DNA from: Treponemataceae bacterium
GTDB taxonomy: Bacteria; Spirochaetota; Spirochaetia; Treponematales; Rectinemataceae
Assembly: GCA_963677895.2 (NCBI GenBank)
Contig: CAXXGJ010000018.1
Coordinates: 96,001 to 160,000 of the forward strand
Direction of reading: 5' to 3'
DNA length: 64,000 nt
Positions 40,006 to 50,197 of the stretch are shown here, one piece after another. The position numbers and the translations under genes are program-made. Position 1 is the first letter of the stretch, and the number at the start of each line of letters is the position of its first letter. The notes below the pieces were generated by a model. That model saw only the letters and a program-made list of their open reading frames with translations. It was not told the DNA's origin and made no database searches.

Positions 40006-40884
40006 ATGACAAAAAGCGGTTTCGTCGAAAGGAACCTGAAAATTCTGTTTCCCCTGCCTGCCGTAACCTTCGTCGTGGTCATGATGCTCTTCCCTGTCAT
40101 CTATACCCTCTTCCTGAGCTTCACCAACTGGAACCTCACTTCCGGAATGCCGCTCAAGTTCGTCTGGCTGAAATCCTACGCGAGGGTCCTGACCGAACCG
40201 CGGTTCCTCAGCGCCTTGGGGAGAACCTTCTCCTTCACGCTGCTGGCCGTGGCCGTCGAAACCCTGCTTGGCCTCGCGCTCGCGCTGCTGCTCAACAGGG
40301 AATTCAAGGGGAAATCGGCGATGAAGCTGATCCTCCTCCTTCCCCTCGTGGCGACGCCGGTGGCCATTGGCATCGTATGGAATCTTTTCTTCGATCCCAC
40401 CATCGGCTTCATGAACTACATGCTCACCATCCTGGGGCTGCCCATCTCCGAGTGGGTTTCCAACACCGAAACCGTCATACCCTCGCTCGCGCTGGTGGAT
40501 ATCTGGCAATGGACACCCATGATCACGCTCATCGTCCTCGCGGGGCTCGCCGGCCTTTCCCAGGAGCCTTACGAATCGGCCCGCGTCGACGGCGCCAACG
40601 CGTACCAGACCTTCACCCAGATTACCCTGCCGATGATAGCGCCGACCCTTCTCACCGCCATGATCCTGCGCTCCATCGACGCCCTCAAAACCTTCGACAT
40701 CATCTACGCGATGACGGGAGGAGGTCCGGGCTATGCCTCGGAAACCCTCAACGTCATGGCTTTTAAATACAGTTTTGAGTATTTCCGCATGGGACAGTCT
40801 TCGGTCATACTCATTTTCCTCTTCCTGCTGGTGCTTCTTCTCAGCATGGCGATCATGCGGCTGCGCAAGCGCTTCGAGCTTTAG
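40006..40884 (+). CDS. Carbohydrate ABC permease (MalF-like)
   Basis: Six transmembrane helices, WQWTP and the EAA loop YESARVDGA. Confidence 0.93.
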   Translation: MTKSGFVERNLKILFPLPAVTFVVVMMLFPVIYTLFLSFTNWNLTSGMPLKFVWLKSYARVLTEPRFLSALGRTFSFTLLAVAVETLLGLALALLLNREFKGKSAMKLILLLPLVATPVAIGIVWNLFFDPTIGFMNYMLTILGLPISEWVSNTETVIPSLALVDIWQWTPMITLIVLAGLAGLSQEPYESARVDGANAYQTFTQITLPMIAPTLLTAMILRSIDALKTFDIIYAMTGGGPGYASETLNVMAFKYSFEYFRMGQSSVILIFLFLLVLLLSMAIMRLRKRFEL

Positions 40885-40893
40885 GAGGCACCC

Positions 40894-41709
40894 ATGCGAG
40901 TATCATTCACGCGCCGATTCCTTTTCGCCCTTGTTTTGGCCGGCGTCGCCATTCCCGTCCTTTTTCCCTTCGTCTGGATGCTGGCTTCGTCGTTCAAGAC
41001 CCAGGTCGACATCATCGCCTGGCCGCCGAAATTCATCTTCACGCCCATCGTCGGCAATTATATAAAGGTTTTTACCGAGCAGAATTTTCTGCAGTATTTC
41101 ATCAATTCATCGATCGTCGGCGTCGTCGCCGTGGGCTTGTCGGTGGCTCTGGGGCTGCCGGCCGCCTATTCGATCGCTCGATTCCAGCAAAAGAGACTCT
41201 CCGTCTTCATCCTGGTGGCCAAGCTCATGCCGGGAATTTCCTTTTTGATGCCCTGGTATATCATCTTTTCGCGTCTTCATCTGATGGACAGCTATATAGC
41301 CCTCATTCTCTCGCATATGCTGATCGCCCTGCCTATCGTGGTTTGGATCATGTCGAGTTATTTCGAGACTATTCCTGTCGAGATGGAAGAATCAGCGATG
41401 GTCGACGGCGCCACAAGGCAAAGGGCATTCTGGTCGATAATCCTGCCTGTGTCGGGTCCGGGCATCGTCACCTCGATCACGCTTTCCTTCATCTTTTCCT
41501 GGAACAATTTCATGTTCTCCCAGGTCCTGAGCATGGAGAGGACGAAGACGCTTCCGATCGCTGTGTACAACTTCGTTTCCTATGCCGAGGTGGATTGGGG
41601 AGCCGTCATGGCCGCGGCCGTGGCTATCATGACGCCGGCGATCATCCTCACCATGATTTTCCAGAAATATGTCGTGAAAGGGCTTACGATGGGTGCGGTA
41701 AAAGGCTGA
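40894..41709 (+). CDS. Carbohydrate ABC permease (MalG-like)
   Basis: EAA loop MEESAMVDGA, FSWNNF and the GLTMGAVKG terminus. Confidence 0.93.
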   Translation: MRVSFTRRFLFALVLAGVAIPVLFPFVWMLASSFKTQVDIIAWPPKFIFTPIVGNYIKVFTEQNFLQYFINSSIVGVVAVGLSVALGLPAAYSIARFQQKRLSVFILVAKLMPGISFLMPWYIIFSRLHLMDSYIALILSHMLIALPIVVWIMSSYFETIPVEMEESAMVDGATRQRAFWSIILPVSGPGIVTSITLSFIFSWNNFMFSQVLSMERTKTLPIAVYNFVSYAEVDWGAVMAAAVAIMTPAIILTMIFQKYVVKGLTMGAVKG

Positions 41710-41756
41710 CGAGACCCTGATGGACAGATCGTCGGAGCGGCACTATTCTATCCGTT

Positions 41757-42887
41757 ATGCATCCTGAAGATTTGGCCGAAGGCATTAAGGCGATCGTAAG
41801 TCATTCGCCTGCTTTTCCCGAAAGCAAACTCATCGTCGACATCATAGCCAACCCGAAGGCGGGGGGCTTCAAGCGGCGACGATTCGCCGCCCATCGAAAG
41901 AATGAACTCCAGCAGGTTGTAGCCTTGGCCTCGGCATTGCCTCGGCGCGAAAAAGAGGTGCAGGTGCGGCTTCACCTCACCGAACGCTGCGGGCACGCTT
42001 CGGCCATCGCGCAGCGCGTCATAGAACGCACGAGCGCCAATGGCCAGGATTCGCTTCAGATCATCATGACGGCAGGCGGCGACGGCACGAGCCTCGAGAC
42101 GGCCGAGCGTCTGCTTCATCTTCCCGAAGAAAAGAAAGACCAGTTCGCGCTGCTTCGGCTTCCCATGGGGACGGGCAATGACGGCTCGGAAGGCCGCGAT
42201 CTCGTGGTCGCGCTCGGCCGTTTCCTCAGCCCCTTAAGGCTCGAGCGGAGGGCGGCGGTCCAGGTGCGTCCCGCCGAGGAAGGCGGCAAATCGCCCCTTT
42301 GGGCTTTCAATATCGCGAGCGTCGGTCTCGATGCCTATGTGGCCGACAAGACGAACAAGCTGAAATCGGTTTTTCCGGGCGATTCCTATAAGTTCTGGGT
42401 GAATTTAGCGACCATGCTCTATGACAGGGCTTATAAGGTCGTTCCCATGGGGCTGAAGGTCTGGGCGGGCGGGAAAAAGCCGATCCATATATCGCAAAAA
42501 GAAAGGCTCTTTGTGGCTATGGGCGCTTCCGGCCATCGCCAGTACGGTTCCAACAAACGCATTCTGCCGGGCCCGGAGAATGTCGTCAGCTGTTCCCAGA
42601 CGACGCTGCTGCGCAAGCTTTTGGTGAAGGGTTCCATCGAGAAGGGAAAACACGAGGCCGTCCGCGAGATCGAACATTATTCGGCCACGAGCATCGAGAT
42701 CGAAAACGGCGAAAGGATTCCGCTGCAGTGCGACGGCGAGGCTGAAGTGCTCGCCGGCTGCGATTTTCCTCTTGTCATGGAGTGCATTCCCAATCTCTAT
42801 AACGTGATCGTTCCCGTCGATGAAAAGAAGACCGGCAAGCGTCAGCCTAAGCAGGCGCCCCGGTCTTCCGGCGACAATCAGAACTGA
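41757..42887 (+). CDS. Diacylglycerol/lipid kinase family protein
   Basis: IANPKAG, AGGDGT, LPMGTGND, NIASVGLDA and QCDGE. Confidence 0.85.
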   Translation: MHPEDLAEGIKAIVSHSPAFPESKLIVDIIANPKAGGFKRRRFAAHRKNELQQVVALASALPRREKEVQVRLHLTERCGHASAIAQRVIERTSANGQDSLQIIMTAGGDGTSLETAERLLHLPEEKKDQFALLRLPMGTGNDGSEGRDLVVALGRFLSPLRLERRAAVQVRPAEEGGKSPLWAFNIASVGLDAYVADKTNKLKSVFPGDSYKFWVNLATMLYDRAYKVVPMGLKVWAGGKKPIHISQKERLFVAMGASGHRQYGSNKRILPGPENVVSCSQTTLLRKLLVKGSIEKGKHEAVREIEHYSATSIEIENGERIPLQCDGEAEVLAGCDFPLVMECIPNLYNVIVPVDEKKTGKRQPKQAPRSSGDNQN

Positions 42888-44401
42888 TAGGTCGAGGAAA
42901 GGCTAACGTAACTCCTGTCGTGGAACTGGCCGAGGTCGCCCGCCGCGTCCCCGCCGAAGTATCGCCCTCTCAGGGCGACCTCGGCGTCTCCGAATACGAA
43001 CACGATGCCCGGTTCGACCATGTAGTCCGCCTGTTCCAATCCCAGCATTCCTAGAAGCTCAAGCTTCACCCGCTCCTGTGCGAAACTCCGCGAGACCAGG
43101 GCGGCTATCCTCGTCGTCGTGATGTCGCTTCCATACTCCACATCGAGCGGACTCGCGATCTTGTCGTGGAATAGCCTCACTTTGCCCGTGGCCTGCAGGT
43201 TGAGGTTGACGCCCGCGAAGAGGTCCCTGTCGAAGCCCGCCGCCCAGACGATGGCCGGGTTGTAGACGAGGGGATCGTCGCCCGACATGTCCTCGGTCAG
43301 GTTGGCGCCAGCCTCGATGCGCAGGTTGAAGCCGGCCAGCACGGTCGCCATGTCCGCGCCCAGCTGGTGGTAGCGGTTCCAGGAGACGGGTATCTTGCCG
43401 CCGGCCGCGGCTATCGACGCGGGATTCATGTCGAAAGCGGGCGTCGTCAGATAACCGTAGAAATACTGCAGGCCGAGGTCGACGCCGCCGAGGCCGGCGC
43501 TGAGGCGCAGTCCCGCCTGGCCGTAATCCAGCTTTTTCGTGTCGGGCGAGGCGAAGGGGTTCGCCAGGGCCGCGTCGGCTTCGCCCGCGGCCTGAGCCCG
43601 CAGAGAGGCGTCGGCCGAGGCGACGGCGGCGTCCGCGGCCGCGATGGCGTTCGTGTTGGAAGTACTGGCATCACTGGTTGCGGTCATATATTGCGAATAC
43701 GCCGCCGCATACGCAGCGGCCCAGGCCGAAGCCTTGTACGCGTTGTAGAGCTGTCCCGCCATCGCCGCTTTCAGCGTTGTCGTGCCCGTAGCCAGCGCGG
43801 CCGGAACCCAGGGGCCCGAGGTGGCGATGCGGTCCCCCTCGAACCAGGGAAGGTAGGCCATTTCCGCCGAGGCCCGCTCGCCGAGCGGCTGCGTGATCCG
43901 CAGCATGGGCACGGCCATTTTGCGGTCTTTTTCCGCCCTGACGGTCAAATCCGAAAGATCGTGCGGATTGAGGACATCGAGCACGCTCAGGCTGTCCATC
44001 CTGCCCCAGAAGACGCGCAGAAGGCCGCCCTGTATCGTCGTCTTCCCCGCGTAGATCCGCAGCCAGGCCTCATCGAGAATATCGGCGGGATTTTCCGTCA
44101 GGACGGTCCTGTCCAGCCGGATGCCGAGGAAGGCGTCGGACTTCGCGCCCGACGCTTCGATGTGGATCCGCGATTCGGGAAGGGCAGTGCTGTTTGTATA
44201 ATCGCCATCGACGAGCTCGAAGGGGAAAGCCAGCATCGAGAAGGAGAGCGATCCGCCCAGCTTCGCGCTGATGGGGGCCGGCGCCGCCTCCGCCGCCCCG
44301 CCCCCAAAACCGAACTCCTGGGCGCCGGCCCCGGCGCCCGCGAACAGCAGCAGTCCCGCGACCAGAAAAGCCGAAACGGCGAGTTTTTTATTCGCGATCA
44401 T
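42878..44401 (-). CDS. Exported, probable outer-membrane beta-barrel protein (DUF1302-like), partner of the MMPL system
   Basis: Signal peptide ending AGA-Q. DEAWLRIY, RVFWGRMD, LDVLNP and the C-terminal YVSLSSTYQF barrel signal. ATG 44401 follows AAGGAG; 44416 is an alternative start. Confidence 0.65.
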   Translation of the reverse strand: MIANKKLAVSAFLVAGLLLFAGAGAGAQEFGFGGGAAEAAPAPISAKLGGSLSFSMLAFPFELVDGDYTNSTALPESRIHIEASGAKSDAFLGIRLDRTVLTENPADILDEAWLRIYAGKTTIQGGLLRVFWGRMDSLSVLDVLNPHDLSDLTVRAEKDRKMAVPMLRITQPLGERASAEMAYLPWFEGDRIATSGPWVPAALATGTTTLKAAMAGQLYNAYKASAWAAAYAAAYSQYMTATSDASTSNTNAIAAADAAVASADASLRAQAAGEADAALANPFASPDTKKLDYGQAGLRLSAGLGGVDLGLQYFYGYLTTPAFDMNPASIAAAGGKIPVSWNRYHQLGADMATVLAGFNLRIEAGANLTEDMSGDDPLVYNPAIVWAAGFDRDLFAGVNLNLQATGKVRLFHDKIASPLDVEYGSDITTTRIAALVSRSFAQERVKLELLGMLGLEQADYMVEPGIVFVFGDAEVALRGRYFGGDAAGDLGQFHDRSYVSLSSTYQF

Positions 44402-44412
44402 GAAATTCTCCT

Positions 44413-45183
44413 TCATGGACGGCCCGTGAGCAGGAAGCGTTCGGTGAAAACGCCGGAGGGGATGGGATCGTCGTACTTCATTATTTCTATGGTGATGGTG
44501 GTCGAAGTCTTGGCCTGAACCGACGTCATCTTCGTGACGGTGGGCGTCAGCCTTCCCTGGAAATCCTTCACTTCGCTCATCTCCATGATTTTCGCGAGAT
44601 TGCCCTTTTTATCGTAGAGTTCCATCTTGAGCGAAATATGGGTGGCCTTTTCTATCCAGCCTATCATGCGCGAATACTGGTAGCCGCTCTCCTTGGGCTT
44701 CGCCTCGATGACCCAGCAGGGCTTGCCGCCGAGGCTTTCTTCCCTGAGAAGGCTGAACGTGTCGAGGTCCGCTTTTCTGTCGGCTGAGGCCATGTCATCG
44801 TAGGAGAGGTCGGTGCCCATGAAGCTGGCCGAACCCTCGCTGGCGGCGACGCGGCGCACCTTGCCCAGGGAGGGGAGGAATATCCACTGGTCGCCGGTTT
44901 TCCCCGACGCGGTGATGGTGAGGAACCTCGTCCCGGCCACCGACGCCGGTTTCTGGAACACCACCACGGTTTTCGTGACGCCCTCGGCGCTGCTGGTGTA
45001 CTGGTCGACGAGCCTTTCGGTGAGGCTGCCGTCCTTGGCGCTGATCGCCATCCGGGCACGCGTGGAGACCGTGTCGGCCTTTACGCGATTCCTGGAAGCC
45101 TTCATGATCTCCTCGGCGCTCTGGGAAAAGGCGAGGCCGGATCCAAGCAAGAGGACAGCTACGATGCAGATGAACCGTTTCAT
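44413..45183 (-). CDS. LolA-like outer-membrane lipoprotein-sorting family protein
   Basis: Signal peptide, FQKPASVAGTRFL, DQWIFLPSLGKVRRV, SFMGTDLSYDD and YDKKG. AGGAGG RBS. Confidence 0.85.
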   Translation of the reverse strand: MKRFICIVAVLLLGSGLAFSQSAEEIMKASRNRVKADTVSTRARMAISAKDGSLTERLVDQYTSSAEGVTKTVVVFQKPASVAGTRFLTITASGKTGDQWIFLPSLGKVRRVAASEGSASFMGTDLSYDDMASADRKADLDTFSLLREESLGGKPCWVIEAKPKESGYQYSRMIGWIEKATHISLKMELYDKKGNLAKIMEMSEVKDFQGRLTPTVTKMTSVQAKTSTTITIEIMKYDDPIPSGVFTERFLLTGRP

Positions 45184-45203
45184 GGTGAAACCTCCTGAGG
45201 TTG

Positions 45204-47906
45204 TCATGCCTTGTCGGACGGTAGGGGCCGCCTGATGAAGGCTGGATTTATCGTGATGAGAAGCACGGGGAGCAGGGTGAGGCTTACAAGGGCGCTCGTG
45301 GCCATGGTGAGCGCGATCAGGAGCCCCAGCTCGCTCAGGATATTGAACTGGGAGAGGCTCAGGACGGCGAAACCCGCGCCTACCGAGGCGGCGTTGAACA
45401 GTATCGCCTTGCCTGAGGTGAGGAAGGTGCGGCGCAGGAAGGCGCCCTTGCCCTTCGTCAGCAGATATTCATGGTGAAAGGCGGCCATGTAGTGGATCGT
45501 GTAGTCGATGCCGACGCCCACCGCTATGCTCGCCACCATTGCCGTGCCAATGTTGAGCTTGATGCCGGCGAATCCCATGACGGCGAAATTTATCAGGATC
45601 GACACCGAGAGCGGCGCCAGGCCGATGAGTCCGGCGATCGCGGATCTGTAATAGACGGCCAGAATGAGGAAAACCATGACCAGCGACAATGCCACCGAGA
45701 TGAGCTGCGACTGCACGACGAGGCTGTTCAGCGATTTTTCGACCAGGGCGGTGCCGGCGATCTCGACCTTTACGTCCTTGGGGAAGCGCCCTTCGATATA
45801 GCTTTTCATGGCGTTGATTCCCCTGTCCGTATCGATCTGTCCGACTGTCCTTAGCTGTACGTCCATCCTGATGGCCTTGGGTTCGAGGGGATCGTCGGCG
45901 TAGGTGCCTATGTTGCCGGAGAGGAGAACGAGGTAGTTGGAGATGAGTCCCTTCAGCTCATCCTGGCTGGTCTTGCCGTAGCGGGCGGGATCGACGGGAA
46001 TCTCGTAATAGGAGGCGCCGCGGTAGTTCGTGAGTCGCGAGAGGCTCTCGACGAGGTCCCTGGCTGTCATCGCTTCTCCGCCTTTTTCGGCGAGCGCCTT
46101 GTTGAGCAGCGCGACCATGGCGAGCGAGTCGATCTTTTCCGCCGCCTTCTCTTTCATTTTGTCAGCCGTCGCGGCCGCCGCGCTCTCGGCGGCTGGAGCG
46201 GCCGGGGCGGCTGGTTCCGCGGAAGTCGTTTCCGCGAACCCGAAACCGAAAGCCGGCTCTCCTCCGGGCGCCGCGGCGGCCGAAGGAGCCCCCAACGCAG
46301 CCCCCGTCGCCGCTATGGCCGCGGCTGTTGGCTTGAGTCCCTCGGGGCTTTCATCCGTGTTGAACACCTGGTTCACCCGCTTTATGAGGTCGGTGAAACC
46401 GCTTGTCTTTCCCACTTCGGGAACGCTTTTCTTCAGGTACAGGGCGAGCCCGTCCATAGCCGCGAGCACATCGGGGCGGAGCACTTCGCCCGGAATATCG
46501 GAACTGACGACGACGCTCACGGATTTCGACCCGCCGAATTTTTCGCGTATGAAACGGTCCGAGAGGACCACGTCGGTGTCCGGCTTGAAATATTCGACGA
46601 GGACGTTGTCGATGATGAGATGGGACACGCCGATCAGCGAGATGAAAACGACGGCGCAGGCGATGAAGACCACCGTTCTCTTTTTTGTGACGATATGACC
46701 CAGGGAATTGGCTATCGCTCCGCTCAAGGGATCTTCCTCCCCTGGCTCCATTTCCGAAGTCTTGAAGCGCGGGAGCTTTTTCGCCGGTCCCCGTATGAGG
46801 ATGATGGCGGGAATGAGCGTGATGGCGGTCCCGTATGCCACGAGGACGCCGAAGCTCGAGAAGATGCCGAATTCGAAGATGGGAATCACCTTCGTGAAGC
46901 AGAACGACCCGAATCCGGCGAAGGTCGTCAGCGCGGCGAGTAGGACGGGCTTCCCGATTCTTCGAAGCACGGCGAAGACGATGGCTCTGTGCTCAGTTTC
47001 GCTCAAGTCGCGCTTGCCCGCGATTTCGTCGTAGTAATGGCTGACGACATGGATGCCGTAGGCGCTGCCCACCGCCACGAGGATGACCGGGAGCACCGTC
47101 GAGAGTATCGAAAGCTTGATGCCGAAAAGGGGCATGGCTCCAATGGCCCAAACCACCGATACCAGGACGGTCAGCAGGGGGAGGAGGACGCCGCTCAGCC
47201 GCCTGAAGGAGAGGAAAAGCACGAAAACGACGACGATGATGACAAGGGGAACGAGGGTTATCAGGTCGGAGCGGGTGGCATCGTTGACGACCGAGCTGAA
47301 GACGGGCATGCCCGTGATGTAGACGTTGGTATCGGTAAAGCCCGTTTCCGCGGCGAACTTCTTGATCGCCTTGTGGACGGCGACGACTTCGGGTTTGCCA
47401 GAGTCCTCGGGCGGTATGTCGAGGTAGACGACCATCTGCGTGCCGGTAAAATCCTCCGATACGAGGGCGCGGCTATAGAGATCCCAGCTCAGCAGCTTGT
47501 CCTTAAGTTCGGCGATCTCCTCTTTGGTCCCGCCGAAATTATCGGGAAGGAGGGGCTGGGCTACTATAGCGTCTCCCTCGCCGGTAAGGTAATCGGTGGA
47601 GACGATGGAGGTCGCGGATTCCACGATGTCGATGTCCGCTATTTTCTTTCCGAAACTCCGGAGTTTGTCGAGAAAGTCGGCTTCCAGCACCGTTCCGTGC
47701 TTCCGCTCGAGTCCCACCAGGATGACGATCTGGCTTCCGAAGCTGTCGTCCACGCGTTTCAGGGCTATCCTCTCGGGATCTTTGTCCGGCACGAAGCGGA
47801 AGTTATTGTTGTCCAGCTGAACTCTCGGGATCTGCAGGGCAAAGAATACGGTGACGGCCGCGATAATCGCGACAATCCACCGCGGATGTCTGAAAAACTT
47901 CTCCAT
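45204..47906 (-). CDS. MMPL/RND-family transporter
   Basis: Two repeats of 1+5 transmembrane helices, with AVGSAYGIH, AALTTFAGF, GVGIDYTIH and NAASVGAGF. Confidence 0.92.
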   Translation of the reverse strand: MEKFFRHPRWIVAIIAAVTVFFALQIPRVQLDNNNFRFVPDKDPERIALKRVDDSFGSQIVILVGLERKHGTVLEADFLDKLRSFGKKIADIDIVESATSIVSTDYLTGEGDAIVAQPLLPDNFGGTKEEIAELKDKLLSWDLYSRALVSEDFTGTQMVVYLDIPPEDSGKPEVVAVHKAIKKFAAETGFTDTNVYITGMPVFSSVVNDATRSDLITLVPLVIIVVVFVLFLSFRRLSGVLLPLLTVLVSVVWAIGAMPLFGIKLSILSTVLPVILVAVGSAYGIHVVSHYYDEIAGKRDLSETEHRAIVFAVLRRIGKPVLLAALTTFAGFGSFCFTKVIPIFEFGIFSSFGVLVAYGTAITLIPAIILIRGPAKKLPRFKTSEMEPGEEDPLSGAIANSLGHIVTKKRTVVFIACAVVFISLIGVSHLIIDNVLVEYFKPDTDVVLSDRFIREKFGGSKSVSVVVSSDIPGEVLRPDVLAAMDGLALYLKKSVPEVGKTSGFTDLIKRVNQVFNTDESPEGLKPTAAAIAATGAALGAPSAAAAPGGEPAFGFGFAETTSAEPAAPAAPAAESAAAATADKMKEKAAEKIDSLAMVALLNKALAEKGGEAMTARDLVESLSRLTNYRGASYYEIPVDPARYGKTSQDELKGLISNYLVLLSGNIGTYADDPLEPKAIRMDVQLRTVGQIDTDRGINAMKSYIEGRFPKDVKVEIAGTALVEKSLNSLVVQSQLISVALSLVMVFLILAVYYRSAIAGLIGLAPLSVSILINFAVMGFAGIKLNIGTAMVASIAVGVGIDYTIHYMAAFHHEYLLTKGKGAFLRRTFLTSGKAILFNAASVGAGFAVLSLSQFNILSELGLLIALTMATSALVSLTLLPVLLITINPAFIRRPLPSDKA

Positions 47907-47965
47907 AGGAAATCCTTTACGGCCTTGCCGCCTGGCAGCGTTTTCCGGCATGCCAATTTTTCGTG

Positions 47966-48637
47966 CTACTTCGCCGTCAACTTCAAAAGGGAAGGATCGG
48001 CGCCTTCCGCGGCCAGGCCGCGCAGGATTATCTCAAAGGTTTCGCGCATTTCCATGCTGATTTGATGGGGATCTCTCCGCGGGCGGGGAATCCTCGTAAC
48101 GGTGTCGATTATGGAGGTGGCTATCATGATCACGGTGCGGGCCAGTCTTTCAGGCTCTTGGATCTTGTTGAGCGATCCATCGGCCATGCCCAGCCTTAAC
48201 AGATCGGCGATGAGGTTCAGCATTTTTCCCATCGCCTTGCTGAACCTGTCGCCTTCGAGATTCGCGCCGAGAGGGAATTCGGGATCTATGTAATTCTTGA
48301 TGCCGGTGAGCACGATGATGTCCTGGGATTCACCGTATAGATTCAAGTAACCCGTCCACAGCGCGTGCATCGCCTGCAGCCCGGTGGAGCCTTCGGGAAT
48401 CCGCGACTGCGTGTAGTCCACAAAGGTTGAAGCCGCGTCTTCCAGGATTTCCATAAGGATGGCATCCTTGCTTTTAAAGTACAGGTACAGCGTGGCTTTG
48501 CTCAGTTCGCAGGCCTTGGCGATATCCTGCATGGTAAAGGAAATCACGCCCTGTTCCAGAATCAGTTCCTTGGCTTTCTCCAGGATGAGGCTATGGCGTT
48601 CTTCCTTTTCCCTGATTTTCCGCTCTTCAATGCCCAT
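47966..48637 (-). CDS. TetR/AcrR-family regulator
   Basis: MGIEERKIREKEERH, followed by FTMQDIAKACELSKATLYLYFKSKD. Confidence 0.93.
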   Translation of the reverse strand: MGIEERKIREKEERHSLILEKAKELILEQGVISFTMQDIAKACELSKATLYLYFKSKDAILMEILEDAASTFVDYTQSRIPEGSTGLQAMHALWTGYLNLYGESQDIIVLTGIKNYIDPEFPLGANLEGDRFSKAMGKMLNLIADLLRLGMADGSLNKIQEPERLARTVIMIATSIIDTVTRIPRPRRDPHQISMEMRETFEIILRGLAAEGADPSLLKLTAK

Positions 48638-48651
48638 GCGCGATCCTCCGT

Positions 48652-48692
48652 GCGACCATTAGTCATTTAATGACCATTGGTCATATTGGTCA
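48652..48692. promoter_or_regulatory. Tandem palindromic operators upstream of tetR
   Basis: Perfect ATGACCA-T-TGGTCAT (48670-48684), a degenerate copy GCGACCATTAGTCAT (48652-48666), and a further half-site ATTGGTCA. Confidence 0.7.
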
Positions 48693-48737
48693 AGCCGTCG
48701 CGGGGGAATAGCGCGGAAAAAACGGGAAATATTGGGC

Positions 48738-48791
48738 GTATCTATTGACAGAAACATATGGTTATAGTATTAAGTTTCTACAGATAGAAAC
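48738..48791 (+). promoter_or_regulatory. trpB2 promoter bracketed by two 18-bp operator-like sites
   Basis: TTGACA at 48745-48750. Perfect GTTTCTA-CAGA-TAGAAAC (48774-48791) and degenerate GTATCTA-TTGA-CAGAAAC (48738-48755). Confidence 0.6.
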
Positions 48792-48810
48792 ACACACTAC
48801 GGAGGACGCG

Positions 48811-50178
48811 ATGAACACGAAGATTTTCCTCGATGAAAACGAGATGCCCAAGCAGTGGTACAACCTGGCCGTCGACCTGCCTTCGCCGCCCCTGCCTCCC
48901 CTGGGCCCGGACGGCAAGCCCGTAAGTCCCGAACAGTTGGCGGCGGTTTTCCCGATGAATCTCATCGAGCAGGAAATGTCTTCGGAACGCTGGATCGATA
49001 TCCCCGGCGAAGTGCTGTCCATCCTCTACCGCTGGCGTCCATCTCCGCTGCACCGCGCCTTCGGTCTCGAGCGGGCGCTCGGAACCCCGGCGCGCATCTA
49101 TTACAAAGACGAAAGCGTCTCGCCCGCCGGAAGCCATAAACCCAATACGGCGGTGGCCCAGGCCTACTACAACAAGATCGCGGGCATAAAGAAGCTGACG
49201 ACGGAGACGGGCGCCGGGCAATGGGGATCTGCCCTGTCTTTCGCCTGCGCGCAGTTCGGCCTTGAGTGCAAGGTTTACATGGTCCGCTCCAGCTACGAGC
49301 AGAAGCCGTACAGGAAGTACATGATGCAGACCTGGGGCGGTTCGTGCGTTCCTAGCCCCAGCGACACGACGGAGGCGGGCAGGGCTATCCTCCGCGCCGA
49401 TCCATCGTCGCCGGGAAGTCTGGGCATCGCGATAAGCGAGGCGGTGGAGGCCGCCGTCTCCGATCGGTCGGGCGAAACCCGTTATGCCCTGGGCAGCGTC
49501 CTCAACCACGTAATGCTGCACCAGACGATCATCGGTCTCGAGGCGAAAAAACAGCTTGCCAAATTCGGGGAGAAGGGCGCGGACAGGATAATAGCCTGCG
49601 TGGGCGGCGGCTCGAATTTCGCCGGCCTGGCTTTTCCCTTCCTCGCCGACAAGATAGCCGGAGCCGACATCGAAATCATCCCGGTCGAGCCGACTTCCTG
49701 CCCGAGCCTCACCAAGGGAACCTATGCCTACGATCTGGGCGATGTGGCGGGCATGACGCCCTACCTTCCCATGTACACGCTCGGGCATGGCTTCATGCCG
49801 CACGCCATGCATGCGGGCGGCCTGCGCTATCACGGAATGTCCCCGCTCGTGTCGCAGGCGGCTCACGAAGGCCTGCTATCGCCCCGGTCAGTGCCCCAGC
49901 TGGAATGTTTCCAGGCGGCGGTCGCCTTCGCGAGAGCCGAGGGCATCATCGTGGCGCCCGAGACGAGCCACGCGATCGCCCAGGTCATAAGGGAAGCGAA
50001 ATCGGCCAAGGAAGAGGGCGTCGAGCGCGTCATACTCTTCGGGCTATCGGGGCATGGCCTCCTGGATCTGCAGGGCTACGCTGATTATTTTGCCGGGAGG
50101 CTGTCGAACTTCGAGCTTCCCGAGGAAGCGATCAGGCTGGCCATGGCGGAACTGCCGGAGTTCGCGGCCATCGCCTGA
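48811..50178 (+). CDS. trpB2: TrpB2-type tryptophan synthase beta-like PLP enzyme
   Basis: [26 protein letters not shown] (PLP lysine), [33 protein letters not shown] and LSGHG. Confidence 0.93.
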   Translation: MNTKIFLDENEMPKQWYNLAVDLPSPPLPPLGPDGKPVSPEQLAAVFPMNLIEQEMSSERWIDIPGEVLSILYRWRPSPLHRAFGLERALGTPARIYYKDESVSPAGSHKPNTAVAQAYYNKIAGIKKLTTETGAGQWGSALSFACAQFGLECKVYMVRSSYEQKPYRKYMMQTWGGSCVPSPSDTTEAGRAILRADPSSPGSLGIAISEAVEAAVSDRSGETRYALGSVLNHVMLHQTIIGLEAKKQLAKFGEKGADRIIACVGGGSNFAGLAFPFLADKIAGADIEIIPVEPTSCPSLTKGTYAYDLGDVAGMTPYLPMYTLGHGFMPHAMHAGGLRYHGMSPLVSQAAHEGLLSPRSVPQLECFQAAVAFARAEGIIVAPETSHAIAQVIREAKSAKEEGVERVILFGLSGHGLLDLQGYADYFAGRLSNFELPEEAIRLAMAELPEFAAIA

Positions 50179-50197
50179 ACCCTTCCCGGCCGCGCTT

